In this document: in pieces, positions 63,953 to 64,000 of the stretch
Layout of the letters: the number at the start of each line of letters is the position of its first letter
Numbering within the stretch: position 1 is the stretch's first letter
Source of the DNA: an uncultured Gammaproteobacteria bacterium
GTDB taxonomy: Bacteria > Pseudomonadota > Gammaproteobacteria > Steroidobacterales > Steroidobacteraceae
DNA: 64,000 nt
Assembly: GCA_963771665.1 (NCBI GenBank)
Contig: CAVYUK010000004.1
Span: 63,971-127,970, forward strand
Direction: 5' to 3'
The notes under the pieces: model-generated
What the model was told of the DNA's origin: nothing
Databases searched by the model: none
What the model saw: the letters and a program-made list of their open reading frames with translations, nothing else
Made by a program: the position numbers and the translations under genes

Positions 63953-64000
63953 GCGAGCGTCGCGCCGCCCTGCTGCTCGGCCGGAGTCAGGGCCTTGATG
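63949..64000 (-). CDS. 3' end of an unidentified upstream gene (partial)
   Basis: The frame ends ...IKALTPAEQQGGATLA-TGA, with the stop overlapping the argH ATG (ATGA). The product cannot be assigned from 16 residues. Confidence 0.35.
   Translation of the reverse strand, partial: IKALTPAEQQGGATLA

Overview
High-GC proteobacterial chromosomal segment. The core gene content looks gammaproteobacterial: hslVU, xerC-DUF484-dapF, glnK-like/amtB, yifB, ada-alkB, dsbA/cytochrome c4/engB, polA, lptM and argH. I support about 59 protein-coding genes, one tRNA-Arg(CCG), one complete IS481-family insertion sequence with inverted repeats, one degraded FGE-family pseudogene, a sigma54 promoter and a 3x palindromic intergenic repeat. 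One gene is a 40-aa ribosomal protein THX that falls below the ORF-track cutoff. I saw no rRNA and no CRISPR array. Two accessory blocks stand out. (1) At 30.9-47.2 kb, partly lower in GC, lies a TupA-like ATP-grasp ligase, two tandem alpha/beta hydrolases with non-Ser nucleophile elbows, and a 2813-aa NRPS (A-T-C-A-T-C-A-T). By-eye specificity codes for the NRPS read Thr-Ser-Gly. Both C domains are non-canonical, and there is no starter C domain and no release domain. After it come a KASIII, a free-standing carrier protein, a convergent AlgI/DltB-type MBOAT with a membrane-anchored GDS-motif partner, and a GT11 fucosyltransferase. I read this as a candidate undescribed system in which an NRPS product is routed through Dlt/Alg-like MBOAT machinery onto an envelope polymer. 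(2) At 15.8-24.7 kb lies a tightly packed operon of a secreted TPR-CHAT (caspase-like) protein, a 1353-aa TpsA beta-helix exoprotein, its TpsB transporter and a TPR-OmpA protein. A further oddity is the PII (GlnK-like) gene coupled to amtB, which lacks the entire T-loop. Gene starts are by-eye choices. Many long antisense or alternate-frame ORFs in the track are high-GC artefacts and were not called.
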